A stretch of 64,000 bases of DNA from Promethearchaeati archaeon SRVP18_Atabeyarchaeia-1 (GTDB lineage: Archaea > Asgardarchaeota > Atabeyarchaeia > Atabeyarchaeales > Atabeyarchaeaceae). Where the stretch lies: assembly GCA_037308085.1 (NCBI GenBank), contig CP147779.1, positions 1,696,001-1,760,000 on the forward strand. Reading direction: 5' to 3'. Each line of letters opens with the position of its first letter. Within the stretch, counting starts at the first letter, position 1. Below are positions 28,525 to 39,364 of this stretch, piece after piece. A program made the translations under genes and the position numbers. A model generated the notes under the pieces. It saw only the letters and a program-made list of their open reading frames with translations. It made no database searches and was not told the DNA's origin.

Positions 28525-28709
28525 AAGTGGCTAACGCAAGAGAATTGTCGGTCTCCGCTTAGGTCTGGCGCGGAACGCCTGAAGAAAGGGCCTTTATACT
28601 GGCTTTTTGTTGGGAATACCTCAGGCGCCGTTTTCAGACTAATGAAGATGTTGACAAGAAGTACATGCCGAGCTCAAATCTGTTCCCCCGATCACACGAT
28701 GATGCCGAT

Positions 28710-29552
28710 CTACAGCAGCGAGACCAGGACACGGTTAAGACCATAGACGTCTATTCTCTTGTAGTCGCGCTTCATGATAGGTATCACCTGGGAATGCAGG
28801 ATTCTGCCTGCCTCGCCGCTCGGCAGATTCTTCTTGAGGATCGCAACGAGTCTTTCCAGCAAGACAGCGAGACATGCCTTCAATGACTCATAACTAACCG
28901 AGAAGACGTCAAGAGAGATCAGCTCTATCACTGGCTCCGGTTCGCGCAGCTTGGAATTGACTTGAACTCCACATTTAGCTGAAAAATCATCGACGGCTTG
29001 TGCAAGTTCCGACCAAACCTTGTAGCTTCTTGGCGGCACATTTGCCAAGACGGCATCGAAGATCTTCTGGTAGATCTCAAGCACATCCAAAGCCTTGGCA
29101 GCCTTGTTCACGTCGCCAATCTCATCCCACTGCTGGACCAATTGATCCGCTAGTGCTGTGAAGCTGTGAAAATCAGAGGAAGCCCCCGACCAGTTTTCCA
29201 GGAATTCCTCAGCTTTGTTCCCTTTAAGCTGAGGAAAGGCTTCAAGAAAAGAACCACACAGGTAATTCACTTGCGCCTTGAGATGCGACTCCGGATCACC
29301 TTTCGCTCCTGTAACCACGAAAATCAGCGGATCCGAGTATCGGTAGATCCATCTCCTTCCTTTCGTCTCGAGTACTGAGATCCTGTCTCCAGCCAGCTCG
29401 CTGTCAGAGAAGCTGGTCAAAGCTGATAGAAAACTCGGGATGAAGTCTGCTTCGTGCACATCCCTGCCGTAGGACCTCTCGAATAGACAGCGACCGCTGA
29501 TCCTGTCTATTATCCAGATACTCTGAATCATCCACTGGAACCCCCGTACCAC
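28710..29552 (-). CDS. Longin-domain protein with helical C-terminal domain (likely start ATG 29531)
   Basis: IQSIWIIDRISGRCLFERSY...FLSALTSFS...LIFVVTG. Confidence 0.7.
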   Translation of the reverse strand: MVRGFQWMIQSIWIIDRISGRCLFERSYGRDVHEADFIPSFLSALTSFSDSELAGDRISVLETKGRRWIYRYSDPLIFVVTGAKGDPESHLKAQVNYLCGSFLEAFPQLKGNKAEEFLENWSGASSDFHSFTALADQLVQQWDEIGDVNKAAKALDVLEIYQKIFDAVLANVPPRSYKVWSELAQAVDDFSAKCGVQVNSKLREPEPVIELISLDVFSVSYESLKACLAVLLERLVAILKKNLPSGEAGRILHSQVIPIMKRDYKRIDVYGLNRVLVSLL

Positions 29553-29646
29553 AAGTAGAGTCCGTTCGTGATAATAAGTCCTTTGACGGTTGCTTGGTCC
29601 GATCTTATCTTTGATTGCCTATTTAGAGGGAAACGTCCGGTCTTCC

Positions 29647-31620
29647 TCAGTACAACAGGGATAAGCGCATTGCGTTAATTACTACTGCCAATGACAATCC
29701 CATATCGCCTACGGCGACTGCAAGCCAAAGCGTTATTAGCCCCGGAAAAACGAGGACAGCGAGAATCCCCTTGACAAGAAGGGAGGCCAAGACGTTTCTC
29801 TTTATTATTGCCAGTGACTTCTTGCTCAGTCTCATCAAATAAGAAAGTTTGGAGAGATCGTCATGCATCAGGGCCACGTCCGCCGTCTCTATTGCGGCGT
29901 CACTGCCTGCGGCGCCCATCGCTATACCCACATCTGCTCTAACTAGGGCTGGGGCATCATTGACGCCATCACCAACCATGGCAACACCAGCGTATCTCCT
30001 CACTAGTCTCTCGATGACTTTCGCCTTGTTCTCGGGAAGCAGTTCTGCCTTGTACGCATCAACTCCAGTGATCTTCGCGATGGTTCTGGCGGCCATCTCG
30101 TTGTCCCCAGTGATCATCTCAGTCCTTATCCCATTCTTCTTAAGTTCGGCGATGGCGTTTATTGAGCCGTCTCTGATCTTGTCCATTACGGCGATGAGCC
30201 CGATTGCCTTCCCTCCGCCCCCAACAAGTATGACCGTCTTTCCCTCATTTTGTATTCTCTGGGCACGCTTGAATGGATATTCGATGGATGAATCTTCAAA
30301 CATTTTTTCGTTCCCAGCGTAGTACACTTTCCCGTCAATTTCACCGGCTACGCCTCTGCCTAGGATGGCTCTGAAGTTGTTGACAGGCCTGATCTGCACA
30401 CCTTCGAGTTCGGCCCTCCTCACGATAGCTTTCGCAATTGGATGCTCTGACAATGCTTCAAGTGAGGCTGCTTTGACCAGAACCCCGTCTCCCTCAACCG
30501 AGTCATGGCGCTCGAACGAGACGATATCGGTAACCTCGAGTTTGCCCTCCGTCAGCGTGCCCGTTTTGTCGAAGGCGAATACTTTCACCTTGCCAATCTG
30601 CTCAAGGTAGTTGCTACCCTTGATAAGCACGCCATTCTTTGCCGCATTCGTCATACCAGAGATCATAGTCACCGGAGTGGAGAGAACCAAAGCGCAGGGA
30701 CATGAGATGACCAATAGCACTAAAGCCTTGTAGACCCAGTCGCTGAAAGACAAGCCAAAGAGGAATGCCGGGACAACCGCAACTATTGCAGCTAAGAGGA
30801 TCACTATTGGCGTGTAGTACCTCGAGAATCTGTCGACGAACTTCTCTATGGGTGACTTTTCCTTCTGCGCGTCCTCCACGAGCTTCACGATCTTAGAGAG
30901 CATGGTTTCCCCCGACGTCTTGGTCACCTTTATCCTGAGGAAACCTTCGCAGTTCACAGTTCCGGCATAAACCGTATCCCCAACCTGTTTCGTTACAGGG
31001 ACAGACTCGCCTGTTATCGGGGCTTGATTCACGCTTGATATGCCGTCAATGATCTCCCCGTCGAGTGGTATTTTGCCGCCAGGTCTTATGTAGGCAATAT
31101 CGCCGACGTGGACGTTATGAGCATGGACCTTCACCCCTCTCTTCCCCCGTTCAACAACTGCAACTTCAGGTGCGAGCCTGATCAGATTTGCAATAGATTT
31201 CTTGGCCCTGTCCGAAGCGTGATCCTCTAGGAATTCTGCCACGTAGTAGAGGAAAATTACTGCTGCGCCTTCTTGACCGTGACCAATTAGGAAGGCTCCT
31301 AGGGCGGCGATCGTTATCAGGAAGTCTATGCCGAGAGTCTTATCTCGTACTAGGGAGGATAGTCCTTTCTTGACTATGCTGTATCCAGGCATAATAGCTG
31401 ATATGAGAAGGAGTATCTCGGCAGGGTTCTGCAGATTAGAGACGAGGTCCGTGAACAGACCTGCGAAAAGTGTCGACGCGGACGCGCCGATCAGAATAAT
31501 CCTCCTGTCCCTCCAGATTGAGACATAAGATCTGAACCGTGAGTACTCCAACGCGCAGGCGGCGCAGACTTTTCCAGCATGCTCCTCGTGACACTCCACC
31601 ATAGCTAAACTAGCCTCCAT
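29647..31620 (-). CDS. Heavy-metal P1B-type ATPase (ZntA/CadA-like)
   Basis: TGES, SCPC, DKTGTLT, SEHP, GDGVNDAP. Confidence 0.95.
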   Translation of the reverse strand: MEASLAMVECHEEHAGKVCAACALEYSRFRSYVSIWRDRRIILIGASASTLFAGLFTDLVSNLQNPAEILLLISAIMPGYSIVKKGLSSLVRDKTLGIDFLITIAALGAFLIGHGQEGAAVIFLYYVAEFLEDHASDRAKKSIANLIRLAPEVAVVERGKRGVKVHAHNVHVGDIAYIRPGGKIPLDGEIIDGISSVNQAPITGESVPVTKQVGDTVYAGTVNCEGFLRIKVTKTSGETMLSKIVKLVEDAQKEKSPIEKFVDRFSRYYTPIVILLAAIVAVVPAFLFGLSFSDWVYKALVLLVISCPCALVLSTPVTMISGMTNAAKNGVLIKGSNYLEQIGKVKVFAFDKTGTLTEGKLEVTDIVSFERHDSVEGDGVLVKAASLEALSEHPIAKAIVRRAELEGVQIRPVNNFRAILGRGVAGEIDGKVYYAGNEKMFEDSSIEYPFKRAQRIQNEGKTVILVGGGGKAIGLIAVMDKIRDGSINAIAELKKNGIRTEMITGDNEMAARTIAKITGVDAYKAELLPENKAKVIERLVRRYAGVAMVGDGVNDAPALVRADVGIAMGAAGSDAAIETADVALMHDDLSKLSYLMRLSKKSLAIIKRNVLASLLVKGILAVLVFPGLITLWLAVAVGDMGLSLAVVINAMRLSLLY

Positions 31621-31822
31621 GGATCAACAAAAGTGTAGGAGAATCGGAAAAGAAATGAACGCCACCTTCGGATAGCTTGAAGTTATTTGTATCAACATAT
31701 TCGAGGTTCCAATGTTACATTATCGGAATACTCGTAGGTTGTCTGTCACAACGTCAAGCGGATCAGTCTGCACATTGGTTTTATTAAGGTTGTGCTAAGA
31801 TGCTGGCGAAAAACGGTAAGAA

Positions 31823-31854
31823 TTAATAACATTGATGAGGTATCTTAATAACAT
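31823..31854. promoter_or_regulatory. Direct repeat TTAATAACAT at 22-bp spacing, candidate NikR operator
   Basis: 31823-31832 and 31845-31854, immediately before the nikR-like start. Confidence 0.35.
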
Positions 31855-31857
31855 GAG

Positions 31858-32298
31858 ATGACCTTAACCATGCCGATTGTGAGCATATCTCTGACAGTGG
31901 AACTGCTACGGAGTCTGGATGAGTTCATGGAGGACAAGGGTTACTCAACCCGTTCTGAGGCAATAAGAGATGCAGTAAGAGGTCTCCTTTCAGAATACGA
32001 GCTTGGACAGCTGGAGAAGGGAAAGGTGACCTCAACCATCACCGTAATATCAGAGCATGAGCGACACGACGTGGACGAGCGCCTGACCAGACTCAGGCAT
32101 GAACACGATGACATAATCTCGGGTAACATGCACATACACTTGGGAAAGGCATATTGCCTCGAGATCTTCATCACAGAAGGCGATGTCGAGCAGGTACTAC
32201 AGTTCATAGGGAGAATCAGGGCGATGAGGGGAATACAGCAGGTGAAATATACCATAGTCCCTTTGACGAAGATTGAGGAAAAAGAGAAAACGCAATAG
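31858..32298 (+). CDS. nikR: NikR-family RHH metal-responsive regulator
   Basis: IVSISL...GYSTRSEAIRDAVR; H...HIH...CLE metal site. Confidence 0.85.
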   Translation: MTLTMPIVSISLTVELLRSLDEFMEDKGYSTRSEAIRDAVRGLLSEYELGQLEKGKVTSTITVISEHERHDVDERLTRLRHEHDDIISGNMHIHLGKAYCLEIFITEGDVEQVLQFIGRIRAMRGIQQVKYTIVPLTKIEEKEKTQ

Positions 32299-32351
32299 CA
32301 TTTGCACGGGGTCTCCAAGGGAAAACGTGCATATTCAGTAATGACTGATCA

Positions 32352-33149
32352 CTAGAAGAGAATGGAGAGGCAAGTCAGGCTGCCTTCGCATTTCTTGAAC
32401 TCCGAGACATCAAGTTCCTCTGTGGTGAATCCTTCCTTTTCGATCAGGTTCCTCGTCACTGGATATCCCTTTGAGACAAAAACCGTGCCGTTCACAGCTA
32501 GACAGTTGGCCGCATAAGCTTCTTCCTTTGGCAGGAGAATCAAGTTGAAAGATGAGAGTACACCCAGATCGAAGTATCCCGGATTCGCGACGATGTAATG
32601 ATCCCCAATATAGGAGCACGCTGATTTGAAGTGCAGTATTTTCTCAACTCTCACTGGGGTCACGTGACATTCCTCATTTTTCAGAGTCTCTTTCAGTTGA
32701 TTCACGCCTTCCATGTTCGTTCGACTGGTGACCCCGATGAACAAATCGCTGTCCACCTTTAGGACATCTCCTCCTTCGATTGTAGCTGGCGGTCGAATGG
32801 TCACCGTATTCTTGAATAGACTGGAGAGAGTCTTTCTCACTCCCTCAATTTCTCCCACCCTTGATCTAGCCCCCATTCTGCATATGACTGCGTTTTGTCT
32901 GTATACTATTGCAGGGTCTTCTACGAAGACGCAGTCAGGGAAGGAATTGTCCGCAGGAACTCGGATCAGCTTCAGGGTTCTTCTCTGCAACGCATCACAG
33001 TACAGATCGTGTTGCTTCCTGGCGAGACTGATGTCGACCTCTTCTCTCGCTGAGTAGACTCTCACACATTTATGAAGAGTATCTGCGACCTGCCGGACAA
33101 CGGCATGCGTGAAGTGTGGTGTGTTACTGCTACCTATTTGGCATCCCAC
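32352..33149 (-). CDS. Dimethylarginine dimethylaminohydrolase (amidinotransferase family)
   Basis: FPDCVFVED, IEGGDV, LHFKS, GSLTCLS. Confidence 0.9.
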   Translation of the reverse strand: MGCQIGSSNTPHFTHAVVRQVADTLHKCVRVYSAREEVDISLARKQHDLYCDALQRRTLKLIRVPADNSFPDCVFVEDPAIVYRQNAVICRMGARSRVGEIEGVRKTLSSLFKNTVTIRPPATIEGGDVLKVDSDLFIGVTSRTNMEGVNQLKETLKNEECHVTPVRVEKILHFKSACSYIGDHYIVANPGYFDLGVLSSFNLILLPKEEAYAANCLAVNGTVFVSKGYPVTRNLIEKEGFTTEELDVSEFKKCEGSLTCLSILF

Positions 33150-33292
33150 CTAAATGCGCTTCACCAAGGCGAAAATAGGCTTGATCCATGTAAACACATT
33201 TCAGGCTGGTAATAGGCAATGGCACGCTGGAGAAGAGCCTTTCTTTTTCAGGACGCGGTTCCGTCGACTGTAGGGTCGACCGACGAGAGGAA

Positions 33293-34402
33293 TCATGGGA
33301 TCAGCTGTGAGAGATCCCAGAGATTGAGACCACCCATCTCCCCTCCCGAAACAAGGTGCTTTCCATCTGGGAGGAAGGCAATCGTTTCCACTGGTTCCTT
33401 CGGGCTGGGATATTTCGATTGTGGTCCAAAATCGTCGTGAGAGGGTTTTGTCTGAAACTCTCCTATCATCTTACCGGTTTCGAGGTTCCACAAGGTGAGC
33501 ATAGAGTAGCTGGGTGTGACGAGATACTTCCCGTCGGGCGAGAGCGCAATTGAGGTGCAGCTACTCTCCCATCCAGCGTATTTGATCGAATCCATCTCGT
33601 TGAGTGAGGGCAGTTCCAAGAACCTTGTTCTTGAGTCCGAGTCCAAGGCCAAATAATCTCCGTTGGGCATTACCGCTGCCGCGCCCAGATGGTCATCGAA
33701 TGTTTTCTCCTGCACCACCTTCCCTTTTGACGCATCGCAGAGAACAAGTTTCTTGGATTGATGTGAACTAGATATGAAATACTTCGAGTCTGGCGTGAAT
33801 GTCAAACATTGAACAGCCATATTGGGTTTCACTTCGTGAACATCCAATTCAGGCCAGTTCATCGTCCATTCTTCGGGTCCTATATTAGGTGAGCTTAGAA
33901 AGCTCAGATCAAGCTCGTACAGAAATACATGTTCAGAATTGTCCGTCGCGAGCAGGAACCGTTCATCCGGAGAGACTGCAAGGCGGAATACACTCTTCAT
34001 CTTTGATTCCATAACATGAAAAGGAACGTGCTGAAATGGCTCCTTTAAGGCCATAAACGCGATCGTACCGTCACTCATACCTTGAATCAAGCACGGCTGC
34101 TTGGGCGTAAGTGCCGAACAGTATACCCTTGACTTCAACCCTTGAGGGCTGTATGCCGCTATCCCCGAGTTATCCAGCGCCCTCCACAAAAGCGTGCACC
34201 AATTCCAGTGGGTAGCGAGTACGGCTTCGTTGCCGAGAGGGATGAGATCTCTGATCGGTGTCTCGGCTTCTCGGGGAGGAATGAATAGCGGTCTCCCCCG
34301 AGCCTCGGGGTCATCAAAGTACCGTGAGCGCAAGTTGGTCTGGTAGCGTTCTTCCCAGCCAGATTGCAGCTTCAAGGGATGCCATACGTGAACGAGCGAC
34401 AT
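33293..34402 (-). CDS. WD40-repeat protein
   Basis: LAVSPD, LTFTPD, IALSPDGKYL...LWN, IAFLPDGKHLVSGG...LWD. Confidence 0.85.
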   Translation of the reverse strand: MSLVHVWHPLKLQSGWEERYQTNLRSRYFDDPEARGRPLFIPPREAETPIRDLIPLGNEAVLATHWNWCTLLWRALDNSGIAAYSPQGLKSRVYCSALTPKQPCLIQGMSDGTIAFMALKEPFQHVPFHVMESKMKSVFRLAVSPDERFLLATDNSEHVFLYELDLSFLSSPNIGPEEWTMNWPELDVHEVKPNMAVQCLTFTPDSKYFISSSHQSKKLVLCDASKGKVVQEKTFDDHLGAAAVMPNGDYLALDSDSRTRFLELPSLNEMDSIKYAGWESSCTSIALSPDGKYLVTPSYSMLTLWNLETGKMIGEFQTKPSHDDFGPQSKYPSPKEPVETIAFLPDGKHLVSGGEMGGLNLWDLSQLIP

Positions 34403-34639
34403 ACCCCTTTCCTCCAGTCATGTATAGTGACCGATGCTTCCTTCCTATCTTAAAAAAGCTTTTGATGCCGAAGGCGAATGCGCCACCAAGAGAATCTTAA
34501 GCGGTGGCTGACATATTCCCGAAGCCCTCAATGTTATCGCTTATGCGTATAAACAACGAAGGGAAGTGTTGTCGAAGACCACAGGCAGCTTCTTCGCGCA
34601 CGTTGTCACAGAAATCTCAGGAAGGACTGGATGATCCAT

Positions 34640-35077
34640 ATGCCTATCCCAAGAGGAGATTGGCCGCAAGCGGGTTTCAGGATCGAGAATCTTACCTGGT
34701 TTGCAGACGGCATCTTCGCGTTTTCGATAACTTAGTTGGCCATAGATACTAGAGTACCTGACATACCTGCGAATCTCCTTGCCGCGGAACTGCCTCTGGG
34801 CACAGCAAATCTAATTCCAAGGATTACAGGTTTCCTGATTACTTTCTGGATTGTTGGTAGTTACTGGGTGGTCCATCGCCGGATTGACAAGAGACTAGAT
34901 TCGCGGCTAATAAGAGGCATATCTCTTCGCAACCTTGTCTCTCCGGCTGTCTTCCTTGCATCAATTCCACTCTTCTACTTTGCCTCGACTTTTGCACCTT
35001 TCACCGCTTCTTTCATCGAATACTTCTGGTTCCTCTTGGTGCCATTTCACTCCATCATAGATCGCAGGCACAGGTGA
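34640..35077 (+). pseudogene. TMEM175-family K+ channel pseudogene
   Basis: ATG 34640...FADGIFAFSIT*LAIDTRVP with in-frame TAG at 34733-34735; much shorter than the adjacent paralog. Confidence 0.7.
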
Positions 35078-35172
35078 AAACCGTCAGGCTTGGCCTTGAG
35101 CGGAAGGTATTTATCAAAGGGTAAAATCAAAGTGGATCGCGAAAGCCAGCGACGAGAAACACTCCGACTTAT

Positions 35173-35838
35173 GTGGTGGTTCTTGCAAAATTGCCGAGCA
35201 ACAATACATTCGCCGAGCCTACGCCACGTATTGAGACTCTTTCTGACATGATATTCGGTCTTGCGCTATCAATCGCGGCATTTGCACTTATCGACATGCC
35301 GCCAACCGACCTGAATGAGATCCTGGGCGACATTGTCTTGTTCGGGTTCAATTTCCTAGTCCTGATCTCTGTCTGGCTGAGATACTCGGCAATTATGTCA
35401 GTGCTTCCAGTGGAGACGCGTTTGGCAATGCTCCTAAACGTCGCGTTGTTGTTCCTCGTCGGAATTGAGCCCTACACGTTCAATCTTGTGAGTTTAATAG
35501 GCAGTTTCAGCAGCAGCCAACTTGACGAATATGCCTCTGTAGTCTACGCGCTTGACATGGCGGGACTGATGTTGTTGCTGGCTTCCTTTTCACATGTCCT
35601 ATCGACCGGGAAGAAGCTTGTGACACCACCCAGAGCACTGAGATATCATAAAGTCAGAAATGTCCTTTTCCTGTCTGCTGTGCTATTCTTGATAACCTTA
35701 TTGCCGCAGTTCTGGGAGATGAGAGTCAATGGCGCACCAATAAGATTCTATCTGTGGGCTATCCCTCTAGGTATCTCCTTTACCAGAAGAGGCTATAGCC
35801 TTCCGGGTGAAAAAGCCTATTCGCGTAGGAGGAGATAG
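35173..35838 (+). CDS. TMEM175-family potassium channel
   Basis: RIETLSDMIFGLALSI signature, 6 TM. Confidence 0.8.
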   Translation: MVVLAKLPSNNTFAEPTPRIETLSDMIFGLALSIAAFALIDMPPTDLNEILGDIVLFGFNFLVLISVWLRYSAIMSVLPVETRLAMLLNVALLFLVGIEPYTFNLVSLIGSFSSSQLDEYASVVYALDMAGLMLLLASFSHVLSTGKKLVTPPRALRYHKVRNVLFLSAVLFLITLLPQFWEMRVNGAPIRFYLWAIPLGISFTRRGYSLPGEKAYSRRRR

Positions 35839-35870
35839 TGGGAACTGCGAGGACCTCGTAACCCGCAAAC

Positions 35871-36140
35871 TTACATCTTCATCTGCCCCAGCCAATCACC
35901 AGAGTCATTCGGGGGCATCACTCTTGCCAGTGCCGTATGATCGGGAACAAAATCTAACAGGTCTGTAATTACCTTGTCCCACGTGATTGAGAACAAGAGA
36001 ATGCGTTTCCTTCCAAACTCAGCAGCGAGCGCCCCAAATGTGATAACTCCAGTAACTGTTGCCATGTGCTTATTGGAGAAGACGAATCCGAGCAGCACAT
36101 TACTGGCTCCCAGTTCTGGTTTGATCCATAGTGACAGCAT
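35871..36140 (-). pseudogene. Possible MFS transporter fragment
   Basis: FGALAAEFGRKRILL resembles MFS motif A; only 89 aa. Confidence 0.3.
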
Positions 36141-36301
36141 GTCTATTACTTACCGGATAGGATGCGGCATGCACCCATCCCAGGGACATCGAGACGGAGG
36201 CTACGGATTCCTTTTTGACGCGATTAGCCTCTGTCAAAGTGCCCCGCCACTTCTCCGAGTGCGCAATATGAGGTGCTCGGCGTACTATCTTTCAGCCCCT
36301 G

Positions 36302-37243
36302 CTACTTGACTATTCGGTTTTCGCCTTCGATCTTTCTTATATCGGTTATATCTTGCACTACCTCCATGGTTCCAAGATAGCGACCATCATGATCTCTTAC
36401 GGCGAAGTACCTAATGTAGACCTTTCTTCCCTTCACATCGATCCAAGATTCAGCGACATCCTTTTCCCCGCTCCTAAGATCGGCCAATAGCTGGTTAACG
36501 CTGCGAATGCTCTTCTCTGGGTGACATTTCTGGACTTTTCTGCCTATTGCGGCTCTTGGTCTCGCGAAGTACTTCTTCTCTTTCTCCTTGTTGAAGTATC
36601 TCAAGGTTTCGTCTGAGTCAATGAATGTTATCTCCATCGGAATCGTGTTGAGCATCGCGTCCAAGACCTCGACCGGGAGGTTTTTGACTAGCGGTTCAGA
36701 GGCTGTCTCCTTTTCAAGCTTCGCAGCCAGTTCAAGGTACTTGTCATGAAAACCTTCGCCCAGTGCTCCTTCTATCTCCTCGAAGCCGGTTACCAGCTTC
36801 CTAGCATCGGCTTCGCTTAGAATCCTCTTCCCCATGGGGTAAAGCGTGTCGTCCTCTTTCCAAACGTGATCCTTTACAAGTTCCGCAAGTTGTTTTGACT
36901 CGACCTGAACGGACTTCGTGTCGCCTTTGGCGAGTCTACCCTTGATGGTTCGAAGGAACTCGCGCTCCTTCTCGTGCTCTGAAAGCATCACTCCTATTGG
37001 TCCCTGCTCCTTAGGAATGCCTCGTAGTTCAAGTAGAGGGAATAGGACCTTCTCCTCCTTCGTGTTATGGCACTTATCCATGAAGTTCTCGAGGAACTCA
37101 AGGCACGTACTCGTTCTCTCCTGAGGACCGTTGCTTTTCTCCTCAGCACTGCTAGGCTTCCCTGCTGCCCCTACCAGCACGGTCACAACTCTCTCTATGA
37201 CTCTATGCTCTCCCATGAGCATCTCGTCCCAACGCTCCGTCAT
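36302..37243 (-). CDS. Hemerythrin-like plus PAS domain protein (DUF438-like)
   Basis: EH..IE, H..KEE..LFP, M..EH, HVWKED; PAS EITFID...IGRKVQKCHP. Confidence 0.85.
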   Translation of the reverse strand: MTERWDEMLMGEHRVIERVVTVLVGAAGKPSSAEEKSNGPQERTSTCLEFLENFMDKCHNTKEEKVLFPLLELRGIPKEQGPIGVMLSEHEKEREFLRTIKGRLAKGDTKSVQVESKQLAELVKDHVWKEDDTLYPMGKRILSEADARKLVTGFEEIEGALGEGFHDKYLELAAKLEKETASEPLVKNLPVEVLDAMLNTIPMEITFIDSDETLRYFNKEKEKKYFARPRAAIGRKVQKCHPEKSIRSVNQLLADLRSGEKDVAESWIDVKGRKVYIRYFAVRDHDGRYLGTMEVVQDITDIRKIEGENRIVK

Positions 37244-37320
37244 TTCCCTTGTTCACCTCTTGCAGTGATTTGCATCGAAATAGTGTGAATAGAAAAATAA
37301 ACTTGTTGTTTGGGTCCACC

Positions 37321-38220
37321 TCAGCGGAGAGAGGTGCTCGCATTTCTATGGTGCGTTGCAAGCTTATCATAGAGTTCAAGCCGAACATCTTTCGACAACA
37401 TCGGCAGGAATGGCCTTGTTCTTCTTACTTCGGTGAGATCAAGTTCTGCAACTACCGAGTCCTCTTCGTCGTACTTGGCCTTGGCGACAACCGTTCCCGC
37501 CGGCGAAACCACGTGCGAACCTCCCCAGAAGACGAGGTTCTCCTCCACGCCTGCTAAGTTGCAGAGAATCACGAAGACGCCATTCTCTATTGCCCTAGCC
37601 TTGGTCAACACCTCAAAGAAGTCCTTCCGAGCGCTTGGCGAAGCAGTCGGATAGATCAGGATTTCCGCTCCCTTCAAAGCATAGAAGCGTGCCAGCTCCG
37701 GGAAGTAGATGTCATAGCATATGCCGAGCGCCATATCGCCCAGGCAAGTTGAGAAGACCTCGGCTTTGGATCCTGGTGTGAAGTACCGCTTTTCGTCAAA
37801 CACGCTATGCCCGGGAAGAAACCACTTTCTATACTTCCCGATCAATCCCTTCTTTCCGCCCATAAGCACAACGGAATTGTAGAGGGTTCCTTCAACACCT
37901 GAACAAGCTTCGGGCATACCGAAGACAACATGAACCTTCGAACCTGCAAGCAGGCTGGCCACTCTTGATGTGAAGGGTCCGGGAATCGGCTCTGCGATCT
38001 TGTAGAACGAATCGTAGCAAAGGTAACCTGTGGCGCTAAGCTCAGGAAAAACAACAAGGTTCACCTCTTCAGCTTTGGCCTTGTTTATGAACTTCCTGTA
38101 GACCTCAAAGTTGGCTTCCTTGTCTCCAACGGTTGAATTCATCTGCACGAGCATAACCCTAATAGAGCCAGGTGTCTCATTCTTTTCCCTGCATGTGTCG
38201 CCGTTTGCAGCTGCGGTCAA
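37321..38220 (-). CDS. Carbon-nitrogen hydrolase (nitrilase superfamily)
   Basis: FPEL, YRK, GICYD (E-K-C triad). Confidence 0.92.
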   Translation of the reverse strand: MTAAANGDTCREKNETPGSIRVMLVQMNSTVGDKEANFEVYRKFINKAKAEEVNLVVFPELSATGYLCYDSFYKIAEPIPGPFTSRVASLLAGSKVHVVFGMPEACSGVEGTLYNSVVLMGGKKGLIGKYRKWFLPGHSVFDEKRYFTPGSKAEVFSTCLGDMALGICYDIYFPELARFYALKGAEILIYPTASPSARKDFFEVLTKARAIENGVFVILCNLAGVEENLVFWGGSHVVSPAGTVVAKAKYDEEDSVVAELDLTEVRRTRPFLPMLSKDVRLELYDKLATHHRNASTSLR

Positions 38221-38416
38221 TCCGGCTCACCTCGGCGCCTTTTACAGTGGATTACTACTCTCATGGGCGATATATCTTCTTTCTTCTTGGTCTGATCAAT
38301 CAAGAACTAATGAAACCAAGGGGTAACTATGCCGAGACACGTTTAGTCTTGGGTCCATTGTCAATGAGAAGACCGAGAAGTGAAGTCCTTCGGCGGGTTC
38401 TGGCTAAACAGTACAC

Positions 38417-39070
38417 TCAAGGTCTGAATATCTTGGCAACGCAATTGGGCGGTTTTAACTCAATTATCTCATAATCATGAGCAATATTAGTCACGACCTC
38501 AGCAGTTACTGCACTACCCAAGCTGATCGTGCAGAGCGGTTTCTTGCTGCCGACCCTCATGATTCCTTCAGAGATCAACTTCCTGCAACCGTCCCCATTC
38601 GGGCAGTCTCTTATTTGTAGCTCAGAAGAACTCTCATCGCCTCTACAGTTATACGAATTCTCGTCAAGCAACTCTATCGATGTTGCAACCTTCTTGAACG
38701 CCTCAAGCGCCGCAGTGGTGTTGTCGCCTTTCCCAACCAATCCACCCACACCGTCCAATTCAGTCAAGCGCTTCACCACGTCCCTCAAATAGAGTCGGCT
38801 TGCAGGTCCAGCAGCGCCTTGAAGTACACTCTCCGCTTTTCCTATACCGTACCAGAAGGCACAGTGCCCTAACGGGTACTTGTCAAGTCTACTTCTCACA
38901 TAATCCGCAGCTTCTTGCAGGTCTTTGACTCTCGGGGGGTCCTCTCCAACCTCGTCACTCACGAAGCTGACCACAGCGTCGCGGACAAGATTCGAGAATA
39001 CTCCCCCATAAACCTCTGAAAGCTTCTCGGCTGTCATAACTCCAAAAGTAATCAAGATTTCGGGCTGCAA
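38417..39070 (-). CDS. Hypothetical Cys-containing V4R/MetOD-like protein; paralog of 11572..12300
   Basis: YGGVF...; CPNGDGC...LC...PPNCVAKI. Confidence 0.7.
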   Translation of the reverse strand: MQPEILITFGVMTAEKLSEVYGGVFSNLVRDAVVSFVSDEVGEDPPRVKDLQEAADYVRSRLDKYPLGHCAFWYGIGKAESVLQGAAGPASRLYLRDVVKRLTELDGVGGLVGKGDNTTAALEAFKKVATSIELLDENSYNCRGDESSSELQIRDCPNGDGCRKLISEGIMRVGSKKPLCTISLGSAVTAEVVTNIAHDYEIIELKPPNCVAKIFRP

Positions 39071-39241
39071 TGTGGCTCAGCTCCAAGTCGCGTAGAATGG
39101 GGAGGGGTCGTTATAGTGGAATATGCGGGGTCATTCTATTTAAGAGCAATCATACACGTGCGATTTTCGCAGTCTTGCGAGACCTAAGGTCTTCGTAGAG
39201 AGGTGAATTAGTGACCTGGGAGAAGGTCACATGCCATGGCA

Positions 39242-39364
39242 TTAAGAAAATAGAGTCAGCGTTACCTCATTTTTTTCCGCCGTGAGTACGCTACCTAGCC
39301 ATTTTAAGTAGCTCTCACTTTCTGCTACTACCGGGATGGCAATGATTTCTGGAACTTCATAAGG
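39242..39364 (-). pseudogene. cutA: cutA 3' half, split by the tnpB element
   Basis: PYEVPEIIAIPVV...YLKWL, the CutA C-terminal motif. Confidence 0.88.

Noticed and set aside
28629-28640. 12-nt match (CGTTTTCAGACT) to the flank of repeat copy B as a guide target
   Set aside because: Too short, and found post hoc, to distinguish from chance.
34733-34735. In-frame TAG as pyrrolysine readthrough
   Set aside because: Falls at a hydrophobic TM position (TTG>TAG), the gene also looks internally deleted, and there are no pyl genes in the window.
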